A DNA stretch of 64,000 nucleotides from IMG/VR virus record IMGVR_UViG_3300028583_001558; one strand, 5' to 3'. Positions 18,817-28,065 of the stretch are shown in pieces (positions within the stretch are counted from its first letter, which is position 1; each line of letters opens with the position of its first letter). The notes under the pieces are model-generated. The model saw nothing but the letters and a program-made list of their open reading frames with translations, did not search any database and was not told the origin of the DNA. Made by a program: the position numbers and the translations under genes. Source of the DNA: a virus.

Positions 18817-19461
18817 ATGTCAGGTAAACTTATTGTTGTAGAAGGAATAGAAGGTGCGGGTAAGACAACGGTAGTGGAAAGACTGGTGAGTTGGCTTCGT
18901 GAAGTACATGGTGTAGAAGTTAATGACTATCGTGAACCTGGCGATACTGTCATCGGTGAAGCTGTTCGTACGCTGATTAAACACCCGGATAGTAATATCT
19001 CAGTACAGACTCAATCTGAGTTACTGTGGCTATCACGCCGTTGTCTATTAGAAGAGATAATTAAACCATTACTGGCTAAGGGTACGTGGGTTGTTTTAGA
19101 CCGTTACTGGTTATCTACTATTGTATACCAGCACGACTATTATAACACACGTCCGCTCAATGAGTTGATTGCTGAAATACTTGATGAGTATGCTATTCCT
19201 GATTTTCTTATCTATTTAAATGTAGATCCTCATGTGGCGAAGAATCGCTGCATGCATGGTGAAGGCAGGGGCCAAGTAGCCGATAAAAATGACGACCAGC
19301 CTATTGAGGTATTTAAACAATGGGCGGGACGTTACAACGCTACTGTGGCAACGTATAATAGCTTAAAACCAGTGAGCGCCTATACGCTAACCATCGATGC
19401 GAATCAGTCACCTAAAGATGTTTGCGATGATGTTATCTTTAGTGTAAACGAATTGATCTAG
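18817..19461 (+). CDS. tmk: Thymidylate kinase
   Basis: IVVEGIEGAGKTT P-loop, REPG, VVLDRYWLSTIVYQ, PDFLIYLNVDP. Confidence 0.93.
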   Translation: MSGKLIVVEGIEGAGKTTVVERLVSWLREVHGVEVNDYREPGDTVIGEAVRTLIKHPDSNISVQTQSELLWLSRRCLLEEIIKPLLAKGTWVVLDRYWLSTIVYQHDYYNTRPLNELIAEILDEYAIPDFLIYLNVDPHVAKNRCMHGEGRGQVADKNDDQPIEVFKQWAGRYNATVATYNSLKPVSAYTLTIDANQSPKDVCDDVIFSVNELI

Positions 19462-19462
19462 C

Positions 19463-19792
19463 GTGGCTATCTTTCAATGTACCCGGTGTGGTGTGGCGGA
19501 AAACTCCGCACTGGGTATTTACAATCGCCGCCATAGAAACTCACGGTTCTTTAGCAACGTTGAAGACGGCGAGGCGTTGTGCTGTATGTGTGCACCTTCA
19601 ATGTATAAAAACGGCAACCCTACTAAGTATACGGGTCAGTGGCATGGTTGTTTTGAGCGTCATTATCTACCTAAAGGCTCTTGCTTTACTAATAGGAATG
19701 GTAACTTAGAACACACTGAGACAGGACTTATAGGGACGGCGCTTTATAAAGCGCTAGGTAAGTCGACTCCTTACTCGTCTGAAACCGACTAA
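19463..19792 (+). CDS. Cys-rich hypothetical protein
   Basis: 109 aa; FQCTRCG..ENSAL, LCCMC, WHGCFER. Confidence 0.6.
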   Translation: MAIFQCTRCGVAENSALGIYNRRHRNSRFFSNVEDGEALCCMCAPSMYKNGNPTKYTGQWHGCFERHYLPKGSCFTNRNGNLEHTETGLIGTALYKALGKSTPYSSETD

Positions 19793-19801
19793 GTTATACC
19801 T

Positions 19802-19810
19802 CTACATTAC
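19802..19810 (+). promoter_or_regulatory. CTACATTAC putative early promoter
   Basis: Intergenic, about 60 nt upstream of 19868. Confidence 0.5.
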
Positions 19811-19867
19811 TACTATGCAGTACAGACTGTACAACAAGCCCTTTAATAGTATATAAATGGAATCGGT

Positions 19868-20203
19868 ATGGAAATAACATTTAAAATATCAGCAATCAGC
19901 AAAGGTCAGGTAGTCGTTGCTAACGAGCACCGCTTATGTGTTAACGATATTCATGAGAATAAAGATTGGATTTCTAAAATTGCCAATCTGACAATTCTGG
20001 TAATGCAGAAGAATATTGAATCTTCACTACCTGAAGCCCAGATCCGAAAAGATCTTAACGACTTACGGGATTCGATTAAAGATAACATCGAAGAGCAGCG
20101 TTATTTCTGCGAAGAAAACAACACCATGTTGAATCATATCAAACAACAGTATACTGCTGGGTTCACCAGCGCTGTAGTTGAGCTATGGTTTAAAGAAAAC
20201 TGA
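19868..20203 (+). CDS. Hypothetical protein
   Basis: 111 aa; preceded by CTACATTAC. Confidence 0.6.
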   Translation: MEITFKISAISKGQVVVANEHRLCVNDIHENKDWISKIANLTILVMQKNIESSLPEAQIRKDLNDLRDSIKDNIEEQRYFCEENNTMLNHIKQQYTAGFTSAVVELWFKEN

Positions 20204-20302
20204 TTAAATAATAGACTGTTTATAGGAGGGGTCAGAAGACTCTTCTTATGAACAGTGTTATGCTGTATTTATTTTTTTAACACATTAGGTGAGGATAGAG
20301 GG

Positions 20303-20683
20303 ATGTCTAATATAGATATTGATAAGTTTAATGCGGTGCAGGATAGCTTGTCTAAAGAAGATGCTAAGGGTGGTAAAACCCGTCCACGCATTACATGGTT
20401 GATGGCTATATTGTTTACTGCCTTCTACATCACCTATATGGTATCTATGGTCATGGGTGTAGTAAAGGGGCAGATTGAATTACCTGGATGGGAAGCTATT
20501 ACCGCGCTTTTAGGTTTACCGGCTTTTGTATTACGTAGTTACTTTAACAACCGTACGCAAGATAAGAAGACCCGCGCTGCTGCTGGGCTGGGAATAAACC
20601 CTAATACACCCTCTACATTAGATAAGGTAATTGGAGCACTTGCCGCTAAATATCTAAAGGTAGATATTGATAAATCCACATAA
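20303..20683 (+). CDS. Holin-like membrane protein (resembles GTA_holin_3TM family)
   Basis: Start MSNID (RBS GAGG); TRPRITWLM plus two hydrophobic helices and a basic C-terminus; directly upstream of a spanin pair. Confidence 0.6.
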   Translation: MSNIDIDKFNAVQDSLSKEDAKGGKTRPRITWLMAILFTAFYITYMVSMVMGVVKGQIELPGWEAITALLGLPAFVLRSYFNNRTQDKKTRAAAGLGINPNTPSTLDKVIGALAAKYLKVDIDKST

Positions 20684-20694
20684 AGGAAAAGACT

Positions 20695-21129
20695 ATGTTA
20701 CTTGGATATAAAATAGCCGGTTTTAGTATTGTTGCTCTTTTAGGTGTAATTGGATTTATTAGCTACAAACATGTTGTTTTAGAAAGAGACTACGCGTTAC
20801 AAAGTGCAACGATTGTAGAGTTAGAACAACATAACGCCACTTTAACCAGTGTCAATGAACGACAATTAGAAACAATAGACCAACTCACTACGCTTACCCA
20901 AAGACAGGCTGATTTGTTGGTAGAATATGGAGAACAAAACAATGATGCCTTCGCTCGCGCCAACCGTCTGGAAAACACTCTCAACACTCTCAGACAAACC
21001 GAAGCCGTTAAAGCTTTGGAAGAACCTTATGCGCGGGGTAACGCTGCTTCTATGCGTGTTGGTGAGCTCCTGCGCACTATCGCCGGAACCTCAGGTCGTG
21101 AAGGTGAAAACCATCCCGATACTCCCTAA
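20695..21129 (+). CDS. i-spanin (Rz-like)
   Basis: N-terminal TM helix followed by a long coiled coil; overlapped by a lipoprotein gene. Confidence 0.75.
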   Translation: MLLGYKIAGFSIVALLGVIGFISYKHVVLERDYALQSATIVELEQHNATLTSVNERQLETIDQLTTLTQRQADLLVEYGEQNNDAFARANRLENTLNTLRQTEAVKALEEPYARGNAASMRVGELLRTIAGTSGREGENHPDTP

Positions 21130-21499
21130 GACTACCCTACCTGCAGCTGTACCTCGACCTGACATCACTATGCCTGAAGTCATTACATTAACTGCTCAAG
21201 ATGCAATGTTCTACAAGTATGTCTGCGATGAGTTTAAAGATGCGGGTCAGGAGGATGCGTATACCGTAGAGGAAGTCTATGAGCGCTATCCCGGTATGAC
21301 TAGAGAAAGTGCGTGTAACTGGGCTATCTATGGTTATACCGTTCAAGGATGGTTCATGTTAGAAAGTCAACTGATACAATTAGGTTTGTACAGTGAGCAG
21401 TTGCGAAACAGAATCACTTATCTTGAAAATGTGATTAAAGAACTAGAACGTTCTGCTGATATGCAACAAAAAGCGGTAATGGAGTTAAATGATGAGTAA
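21029..21499 (+). CDS. o-spanin (Rz1-like lipoprotein)
   Basis: MRGVTLLLCVLVSSC lipobox, then a Pro-rich segment; starts inside the i-spanin 3' end in another frame. Confidence 0.75.
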   Translation: MRGVTLLLCVLVSSCALSPEPQVVKVKTIPILPKTTLPAAVPRPDITMPEVITLTAQDAMFYKYVCDEFKDAGQEDAYTVEEVYERYPGMTRESACNWAIYGYTVQGWFMLESQLIQLGLYSEQLRNRITYLENVIKELERSADMQQKAVMELNDE

Positions 21500-21764
21500 C
21501 GAGATTCAACCTGAGAGGAGGCGCTTAGATAACAGGATACACGAGATAGCCTATTTGCTAATGAAACTACGCATAGCGCAAGTTGCGTGTCTAGTGTTCA
21601 TCTGTTACCTTACTTTTGATTTCCATACATTTTATATGGCTAACTTCGATAACTTTGAACAATGGCAGATGGTGTCAGTGGTAGCTTATATGGGTGGTTT
21701 CTTAGGTGCCCTTAAGCTGATGTTTGAAAATATTAAATTAAAGGTCTCCAAGGATGATATATGA
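21489..21764 (+). CDS. Small two-TM membrane protein (holin/antiholin candidate)
   Basis: 91 aa; two hydrophobic helices with charged termini. Confidence 0.55.
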   Translation: MMSNEIQPERRRLDNRIHEIAYLLMKLRIAQVACLVFICYLTFDFHTFYMANFDNFEQWQMVSVVAYMGGFLGALKLMFENIKLKVSKDDI

Positions 21765-22150
21765 CTTTTCAACACCTTACCTTTATTAGCATTGGTTTAA
21801 TTGTTATCTTAAACGCGTATACAGTGTTAGATGGCGAGTATCTATTTAGAGTCAGTCGCTGCAAGCGCTGTCGTTCTTTAGATGCTAGGATCATTACGTG
21901 GTATGATCGTTTAGCTATGCTATTAAAGGATTCCAGCACGGCAATAGGTGTCGGGTTATTTTATTTAGCTAGTGGTGTCTTTACGATATGGATGTATGGC
22001 TACATCCTAATACTACTTGCTATCAGTGTCGTTAGGGCTTGTGATAGTGAACTTGCTGCTGAGATAAGTATGCATGTCGTATTCAGGCTCTTGGTTAGTC
22101 CTTACGCGGCCGTATGGCTTCTACCTTTGCTAGTGTATTTAGATCATTAA
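21761..22150 (+). CDS. Multi-TM membrane protein
   Basis: 129 aa; 3-4 hydrophobic segments. Confidence 0.55.
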   Translation: MTFQHLTFISIGLIVILNAYTVLDGEYLFRVSRCKRCRSLDARIITWYDRLAMLLKDSSTAIGVGLFYLASGVFTIWMYGYILILLAISVVRACDSELAAEISMHVVFRLLVSPYAAVWLLPLLVYLDH

Positions 22151-22156
22151 ACTATA

Positions 22157-22189
22157 AAGAGGATGCGTAATAGCATCCTCTTATGCCGT
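22157..22189 (+). terminator. Hairpin + TTATGCCGT element
   Basis: AAGAGGATGC/GCATCCTCTT stem; motif at 22181. Confidence 0.65.
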
Positions 22190-22251
22190 CGCAGCTACTT
22201 TTAGACCTACATCATTTAAAAGAGATTAACCTATTACTAAAGGAAACTATC

Positions 22252-22368
22252 ATGGACTTCTCATTATTAGATTTCATTTTCTACATTGCCTTTATGTCTA
22301 TTCTGGTCGCGCTTCTGTATCGCGATGCTATTATCCCTACAGTCATGAACTGGTTTAAACGAAAGTAG
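22252..22368 (+). CDS. Small single-TM protein
   Basis: RBS AAGGA; MDFSLLDFIFYIAFMSILVALLY... Confidence 0.5.
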   Translation: MDFSLLDFIFYIAFMSILVALLYRDAIIPTVMNWFKRK

Positions 22369-22432
22369 GTATCGTCTAGATACCTACCCCGCCCTTTTAT
22401 AAGAAACATTACATTATTAAATAAGGACAGTT

Positions 22433-23389
22433 ATGTTTATAATTGTTATTAAGCAAGAGTTTAGAAATCAGATTCAAACGCGTTACATCACAACAGATCA
22501 GCTAAAGACCACCGCTAATAAAAAGCACCCTTCTATGGTGCAGCTTGAGATAGATGGTAACAATGTTAATATCTTAGATCTTGACGGTGATGTGAACATT
22601 AGCATCTACACGGCTACCGGGATGAAGTTAAATGAAATAACCTACACGGATAATACTTCATCTGGACTACCAGAATCAATCCACTTCTCACCGGATGATC
22701 CTTATCTAGATAAACCATTTGAAGGTAAAGACCAACCCTTCCCTGAACCGCTTAAATACATAGAGACACTTCAAGAGACATTAAACTCATGTCTGTTAAG
22801 TCGTTGGGATGAACCCCATGCATTCTTTAGGGGGTCTTATTCCCTAGATGTACCTATGTTGCGTAAAATAGTTGCTTCAGTATTTATCGAAGGTGTGGAT
22901 AGAACCAGTCAGCATTTAACTACAGCGAAGTGTCTATTAGCTAACGTGACGAAACTGATTGAGCTACTGCAAGATATAAAAGAAGGAAGGCGAGAAAGTC
23001 ACTTAATATTAAACGATGGATACTGGATCAACCCCGCCATACATGCTAGGGTTAAATTCCCACCGTGGTTAACTCACAATCTTGGTACGCTTATTAAGTT
23101 AGAGCAGGATAAATTATCGGCAATTACTTCTGATAAGTTAAACGGCATTAGTGTATATACGGCTGATATAGAGTTTATCAAACGTGCATCTTTATCTGAT
23201 AGAGATCGCATCTTCTATGGCGGTATGTGGTTTATTGACAAAACTAGCAATTTTAATGATAACACGTTTAAGTCAATAGTAGACGATCATCAAAAAGCAG
23301 TAATGGCTGATAATGATAAAATTCTAACACAGTTAATTGAGTTAGATGAGATTAAAACTAATTTGAAATCTTACATCAACAACAATTAA
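22433..23389 (+). CDS. Hypothetical protein
   Basis: 318 aa; RBS AAGGA. Confidence 0.65.
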   Translation: MFIIVIKQEFRNQIQTRYITTDQLKTTANKKHPSMVQLEIDGNNVNILDLDGDVNISIYTATGMKLNEITYTDNTSSGLPESIHFSPDDPYLDKPFEGKDQPFPEPLKYIETLQETLNSCLLSRWDEPHAFFRGSYSLDVPMLRKIVASVFIEGVDRTSQHLTTAKCLLANVTKLIELLQDIKEGRRESHLILNDGYWINPAIHARVKFPPWLTHNLGTLIKLEQDKLSAITSDKLNGISVYTADIEFIKRASLSDRDRIFYGGMWFIDKTSNFNDNTFKSIVDDHQKAVMADNDKILTQLIELDEIKTNLKSYINNN

Positions 23390-23421
23390 CGGCATAGGTG
23401 AGAGGGTTATCCCTCTCACCT
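23389..23421 (-). terminator. Hairpin + CTATGCCGT element
   Basis: AGGTGAGAGGG/CCCTCTCACCT stem between convergent genes. Confidence 0.65.
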
Positions 23422-23423
23422 CT

Positions 23424-24278
23424 TTACTCTTCTTTTTTGCTTTGAATATGCGAATAGAGACGAGAACGCCCACTGCAATAATTACCTTGATTTATCCCCG
23501 TCAGATAATGACGATTCAACAGATGACCTCCTAGGTCCCTCACATACTGCTCTCCACAGATACGTGCTTGATAATGCTTAGCACCTATACGGTACACGTA
23601 ATCCTTTTCATTACCAAAATGCTCTACCATGGGAACCTGAGGAAACTCATCGTGCGCCCCGGCAATAGTAAAGAATTCTACATTGTTTAATTCAAATCCG
23701 TAGCTCTGTAGTATCTTAGCCACATTAGATAAGATGATAGCACCCTGAGAGTGTCCTATTATTCTAATAGGCTTACCTGATAATACGGGATAGAATAAAT
23801 GCTGAGCCATAACCCGTGCGATGGGCGTCAGGCTGTCTGTAGCCCTCCCTATAACGCTTTCTACCAAATCACGATACATTCCCTTGCTCGGGTTGTAAAG
23901 GCCCATTACAGGGCGATTGAGGAGCTTAGATAGTCCATGGAGATTTACATCGAAAACTTCTTGATTCGTCATGATACCGTTAATGAAATACCAGTGCTCA
24001 TCATGTTTATTAAAATCCACGATAGGCATGACCTCGCCTTTATAGACAGGCATAGCAAAGAAGCGATCTAAGATCTTTGTTCTACTGTCCCCGGTAACTA
24101 CAATAGCCAAAGCTAACTTAACCTTACTACGGCGTTCTACCTCTTTAGTGATAGCAGTACCTTCACTGCCGAATTCTGGCACAGGATGACCTACTGGTGA
24201 GTTGATATACTTGAGATAGGGTAACTCACTAATAAGCAAGATAGTCTCTTTAATAATGTTTGCAATTAACTTAAACAC
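23424..24278 (-). CDS. Alpha/beta-hydrolase (lipase/esterase-like)
   Basis: IRIIGHSQGAII nucleophile elbow, candidate Asp (NEKDYV) and His (GGHLL); likely GTG start after AAGGA (ORF track starts at 24314). Confidence 0.75.
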   Translation of the reverse strand: MFKLIANIIKETILLISELPYLKYINSPVGHPVPEFGSEGTAITKEVERRSKVKLALAIVVTGDSRTKILDRFFAMPVYKGEVMPIVDFNKHDEHWYFINGIMTNQEVFDVNLHGLSKLLNRPVMGLYNPSKGMYRDLVESVIGRATDSLTPIARVMAQHLFYPVLSGKPIRIIGHSQGAIILSNVAKILQSYGFELNNVEFFTIAGAHDEFPQVPMVEHFGNEKDYVYRIGAKHYQARICGEQYVRDLGGHLLNRHYLTGINQGNYCSGRSRLYSHIQSKKEE

Positions 24279-24332
24279 AATAGCGTCCTTTTGATAACAA
24301 ATACAACAATACATACGATTGTTTACACCGTG

Positions 24333-24368
24333 ACGGCATAAATGGGACCCTATAAAAGAGCCCCATTT
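24333..24368 (-). terminator. Hairpin + TTATGCCGT element
   Basis: Stem pairs best on the minus strand (G-U pairs); motif at 24333-24341. Confidence 0.6.
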
Positions 24369-24379
24369 TAATAAAGTGA

Positions 24380-24910
24380 TTACTGTTCAATGTTTGTCAA
24401 ATAGACTTTGTTATTCTCAACATCAACGAGTAACTCAAATTGACCTTTCCCTGTTAAGCTTACCGACGCATCCTCGGTCGTTGCATCTAGATGGAAAACT
24501 GTTCCACCGTCAGATGATACAACATTGACTTCACCAGCCGTGTCCCACACATTGTCAATTTTAACGATCGCGTTTTGTGCGATGTCTTCCATATCTAACG
24601 TGATCGTTCCCGTACCTGATCCAATTCTTTTAACAACATGGTAGACTGCAAAACCAGATAGGGTGACGTCGCCGTCTGTGTTAACGACGTTAAATGTACC
24701 GTGGGGGTCGATCGCACTAAAGTGAGCTTCTAGGATTCCATCGTAAGACGAACCGATGGTGAACATGTTTCCTTCATCGTCTTTCGAGTAAAGGATCTGA
24801 TCTTTAACGTTAATGGCAATACCTGCCACATTAATTAATTCAGGTTCAGGTACTGCACCGGGGGTCGTACTGTAAGGAAAACCTATTGGCCCTAAGCGGA
24901 ATGTTGCCAT
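24380..24910 (-). CDS. Tail-fibre-associated protein with Mtd-N-like N-terminal domain
   Basis: STTPGAVP...IAINVKDQILYSKDDEGNMFTIG; AHFSAIDPHGT. Confidence 0.6.
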   Translation of the reverse strand: MATFRLGPIGFPYSTTPGAVPEPELINVAGIAINVKDQILYSKDDEGNMFTIGSSYDGILEAHFSAIDPHGTFNVVNTDGDVTLSGFAVYHVVKRIGSGTGTITLDMEDIAQNAIVKIDNVWDTAGEVNVVSSDGGTVFHLDATTEDASVSLTGKGQFELLVDVENNKVYLTNIEQ

Positions 24911-25040
24911 TGCATACTCCTGGATGTAACATTTGTAGTAAGATTATTTAAATAAATTGCCTTACACCAGGTAAAGCTAATGGGGTGTTTACGAAACATA
25001 GTCACAAGATATAGCTCCTATGCCCTATAGAATTACATAC

Positions 25041-25049
25041 CTACATTAC
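25041..25049 (+). promoter_or_regulatory. CTACATTAC putative early promoter
   Basis: Intergenic, upstream of the HNH gene. Confidence 0.5.
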
Positions 25050-25073
25050 CTAAATAGTGTACGATATTAAAAG

Positions 25074-26219
25074 GTGGTAAATGTGGGAAGAGGTATAGAT
25101 TTAACGGGACGGGAGTTCGGTAAATTAACCGTAGTAGATCAGGCTCCTAATAAGGAAGGTCAGAGGGGTAATTGGTGGAATTGCTTATGTGATTGTGGTA
25201 ATGCGAAAGTTGCTTCGGCTAAAAGTCTAAATGCAGGCGATACCCAAAGCTGCGGTTGTCTAAATAAGAACGATCTAATAGGTAAGGTCTATGGGAGGTT
25301 AACCGTCAAAGCAGAGGGGGTTGAAAAGAAAGGTGATAAACGCACATGGGTTTGTGAATGTAGTTGTGGATCAACTACTACTGTTACGACGAGTGATTTA
25401 GTAACCGGTCATACGCGCAGTTGTGGATGTTTACAGAAGGAGCGGGCGAAAGAAGCGAATAAGACGCACGGCTATTCACGTAGACGCCATCCCCTCTACG
25501 CACGTTGGCTAGGTATGAGAAATCGATGCAATAATCCAAATGACGATTATTACGACAACTATGGAGGTAAAGGTGTAAAAGTCTGTAAGCGATGGGACTC
25601 ATTTACTAACTTCTTAGAAGATATGGGCGAGTGTCCGGAAGGTCATACTCTGGACCGTCGCGACAACGATGGCGACTATACGCCTGAGAATTGTAGATGG
25701 GCAAGCTCATCCGAGCAGGCCATGAATAAAAGCACGACGGCTATGGTTGAATACAATGGAGAACTTATAAAAAGGAGAGAGTTAGCCAAACGTTTTGGCA
25801 TTGATCCGGATAGACTACGTCAACGGCTAGAGATGGGATGGTCTGTTGAAAAAGCATTAACTGTCGAAATACCACCCCAGGTAAAATGGAGAGTGGTTGT
25901 TGGAATAAACATAGTAACAAGGACAATATATTTTAGCAACAAGCTATCCAGGTTCGCTAAAGATCATAATCTTAATCTTAATATTCTTCGTAACAATGCC
26001 ACCCGCAGGGGATTAGCAGAAGGAGAGTGGGCGGTTAAACGTATCGAGGATGATACACCTTGGAATGATTTCAGGGGATGTAGCGGGATACCAGAGGACG
26101 TTATCTTAAAGCAAGCTGATGAACCGGATATTATCTTTTCTAACGCGAGAGAGGCTTACAGGTACCTTGAGCGGAGTTCTCTGTTAGATAAGGAGTATAC
26201 ATTAAAAGTATTTGAATAA
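25074..26219 (+). mobile_element. Free-standing HNH-type homing endonuclease
   Basis: Two DL.G..(F/Y)G.LTV...W.C.C.CG......L..G.T.SCGCL repeats, then WLGMRNRC..YGGKGVKVC.RW and LDRRDNDGDYTPENCRWA (His-Me finger). Confidence 0.85.
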
Positions 26220-26254
26220 CGGCATAAAACCATGGGGCTTTACAACCCCATGGT
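26219..26254 (-). terminator. Hairpin + TTATGCCGT element
   Basis: ACCATGGGG/CCCCATGGT stem; motif abuts the HNH stop. Confidence 0.65.
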
Positions 26255-26303
26255 CATGCTGACTATGTTTCTTTTTTTGTTTCTAACCTAACTGATCAGA
26301 ATC

Positions 26304-27296
26304 TTAAAATGAACGACCATAATCAAGATTAGCTGCTAAGTCAGCTACTAGGCCGTTAGCATGGCTGATTGCTTGTAGACGTGCATCGTTAACTGCTTTA
26401 GATGAAGCTACGTTAGTTTCAGATGCAGAGTCAACTGCGCTAGAGATAGCAGACTTGTCTACTTTAAGTGCAAGACCAGCGTCAGCGTATGCTTTAGCGT
26501 CAGTCAATGCAAGTAGAATTGCATTTGAAGAAGCAACGTTTGTTGAGCTGTTAGACGTGATTGAATCAGAGATAGACGTTTTGTCTACTTTGGTATCCAA
26601 ACCATCGTTAAGCTGAGTGATGCTTGCTTTAGTTGCAAGTGAAGACGTAATAGCAGCGATATCGCTGTCGTTGTCTGTCAATGCAGCAGCAAGTTCTTGA
26701 AGTGTATCAAGCGCGGCTGGTGGAGCGCCGCCAAGGATGTCAGACTTAACTGCATCAGCGTAAGCAATCGCTGCTGCTTCAGCATCAACCGCACGTTGGT
26801 GAGCAGTATACGCAGCCATAGATGATGCGTATTGAGTAGAGTTTTGTTCTACAACTGAGTCGCTGATACCGTAGTTTTCAACGTTACCTAGACCAACGTC
26901 AGCTTTAGTTAGGTTAGAAGTGTCTTGTTGCGCTTGAGCAATGTTAGACTCAGCAGTTTCAAGACGTTGACCGATTTTCAACAGGGTGTCTAAGTCAGCA
27001 GCTAGTGTGCCACCTTTAAGACCATTGATTTGGCTATCGGTGTAGGTATTAGCTTGAGCGATCGCGTTAGCTTGTGCAGCGGCGATGTCAGCTGTGTAGT
27101 CACGACCTAGCGTGATTACATTACCTTCGTGGTCTTTAGTGAAGATCTTGCGATCTACTAAGTTAAGTGCAATTGCACCTTCTTCCAAGTCAGCAGCTAG
27201 CGGCGCTGCGCCTGAGGTGATTGAACGGTCAAATTGAATCTGACCAAGATCAATGGCTACGTTTTCCGCGCCTGAAGTCGAGTTGACTGTACTCAT
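26304..27296 (-). CDS. Tail fibre/collar-like protein with Mtd-N-like domain and fibre repeats
   Basis: IQFDRSITSGAAP...IALNLVDRKIFTKD; TKADVGLGNVEN; APPAALDTLQELAAAL; three IS....S....ASS.A repeats. Confidence 0.7.
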   Translation of the reverse strand: MSTVNSTSGAENVAIDLGQIQFDRSITSGAAPLAADLEEGAIALNLVDRKIFTKDHEGNVITLGRDYTADIAAAQANAIAQANTYTDSQINGLKGGTLAADLDTLLKIGQRLETAESNIAQAQQDTSNLTKADVGLGNVENYGISDSVVEQNSTQYASSMAAYTAHQRAVDAEAAAIAYADAVKSDILGGAPPAALDTLQELAAALTDNDSDIAAITSSLATKASITQLNDGLDTKVDKTSISDSITSNSSTNVASSNAILLALTDAKAYADAGLALKVDKSAISSAVDSASETNVASSKAVNDARLQAISHANGLVADLAANLDYGRSF

Positions 27297-27411
27297 AGGG
27301 TGAAACTCCTAGATGGGATGGGTCCCGGATTAAAAATACGATAACAATCGTGTCATAGTATCTTAGTAAATGGAGGGGTAGATTTTAACACCTACCCCGA
27401 AAAGTTAGCGC

Positions 27412-28065
27412 TTAAGCACTTACACCAAAGAATGCAGCACGTGCATCCCACGCAGTGAAATAGAAGGTTTCCCATTCTTCTTTCGTTGCAAGGACTACTG
27501 TGTTACCATTCTCATTCTTAAATGGAATAGCCTGCCACTCAGCACCTGCCGCTTCGCGTCGTTCAATCAAACGATCGATAGACGTCCAACCGTTTTGATC
27601 GTTTTCAGTAACGCTACACACGGTACCGTTGAACTCAAACGCATTCAGCTTACGCCAAGATGTATACTTGGTATCGCCGGTAAAGTAGTCTTTAAACTCA
27701 CCAGGTTGAGGCATCGCCGTGAAAGGGATGTAGTCCTTTAGTGGTTGTTTGAAATCTTCTTGCTCAGACGTTAACGTGTCGTTATACGCTGACGCTTCTT
27801 TGTTGTACGCTTCAATCTCAGCGTTCTTTCTGTCAGTGGCGAGAACTTGGTTAACCCACGTTTCTTTCAAGAACTCTTTAAACTGATTAAAAGCAGCTTC
27901 AAGGCGAGATGGTGCTACGTTGTTAGCCATTAGACGATACAAGTAATTGATATCGTACGTTAAATGACTTAAGTCGTAAGTAGCTTCTGTAACAACACCT
28001 TCGTCGTCGGTTGATTCAGGTGTTATGATCCATTGACTCAGATCAGGTTTAGTAGGACGCGACAT
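27412..28065 (-). CDS. Putative tail-fibre assembly/chaperone protein
   Basis: 217 aa, coupled to the upstream fibre paralogue; FEFNGTVCSVTENDQNG...F..ENG..V.L pattern (DUF4376-like). Confidence 0.5.
   Translation of the reverse strand: MSRPTKPDLSQWIITPESTDDEGVVTEATYDLSHLTYDINYLYRLMANNVAPSRLEAAFNQFKEFLKETWVNQVLATDRKNAEIEAYNKEASAYNDTLTSEQEDFKQPLKDYIPFTAMPQPGEFKDYFTGDTKYTSWRKLNAFEFNGTVCSVTENDQNGWTSIDRLIERREAAGAEWQAIPFKNENGNTVVLATKEEWETFYFTAWDARAAFFGVSA

Noticed and set aside
20927-21028. N-terminal extension of the o-spanin ORF (also extensions at 8578, 17747, 20255, 22183, 37862, 57497)
   Set aside because: Downstream starts have RBSs and give sensible N-termini (for example a signal peptide with lipobox at 21029); the extensions overlap terminators or other genes.
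24911-26303. Group I intron containing the HNH gene
   Set aside because: Both flanking genes are complete with their own RBS and stop, and the HNH gene is on the opposite strand; no split gene is evident.
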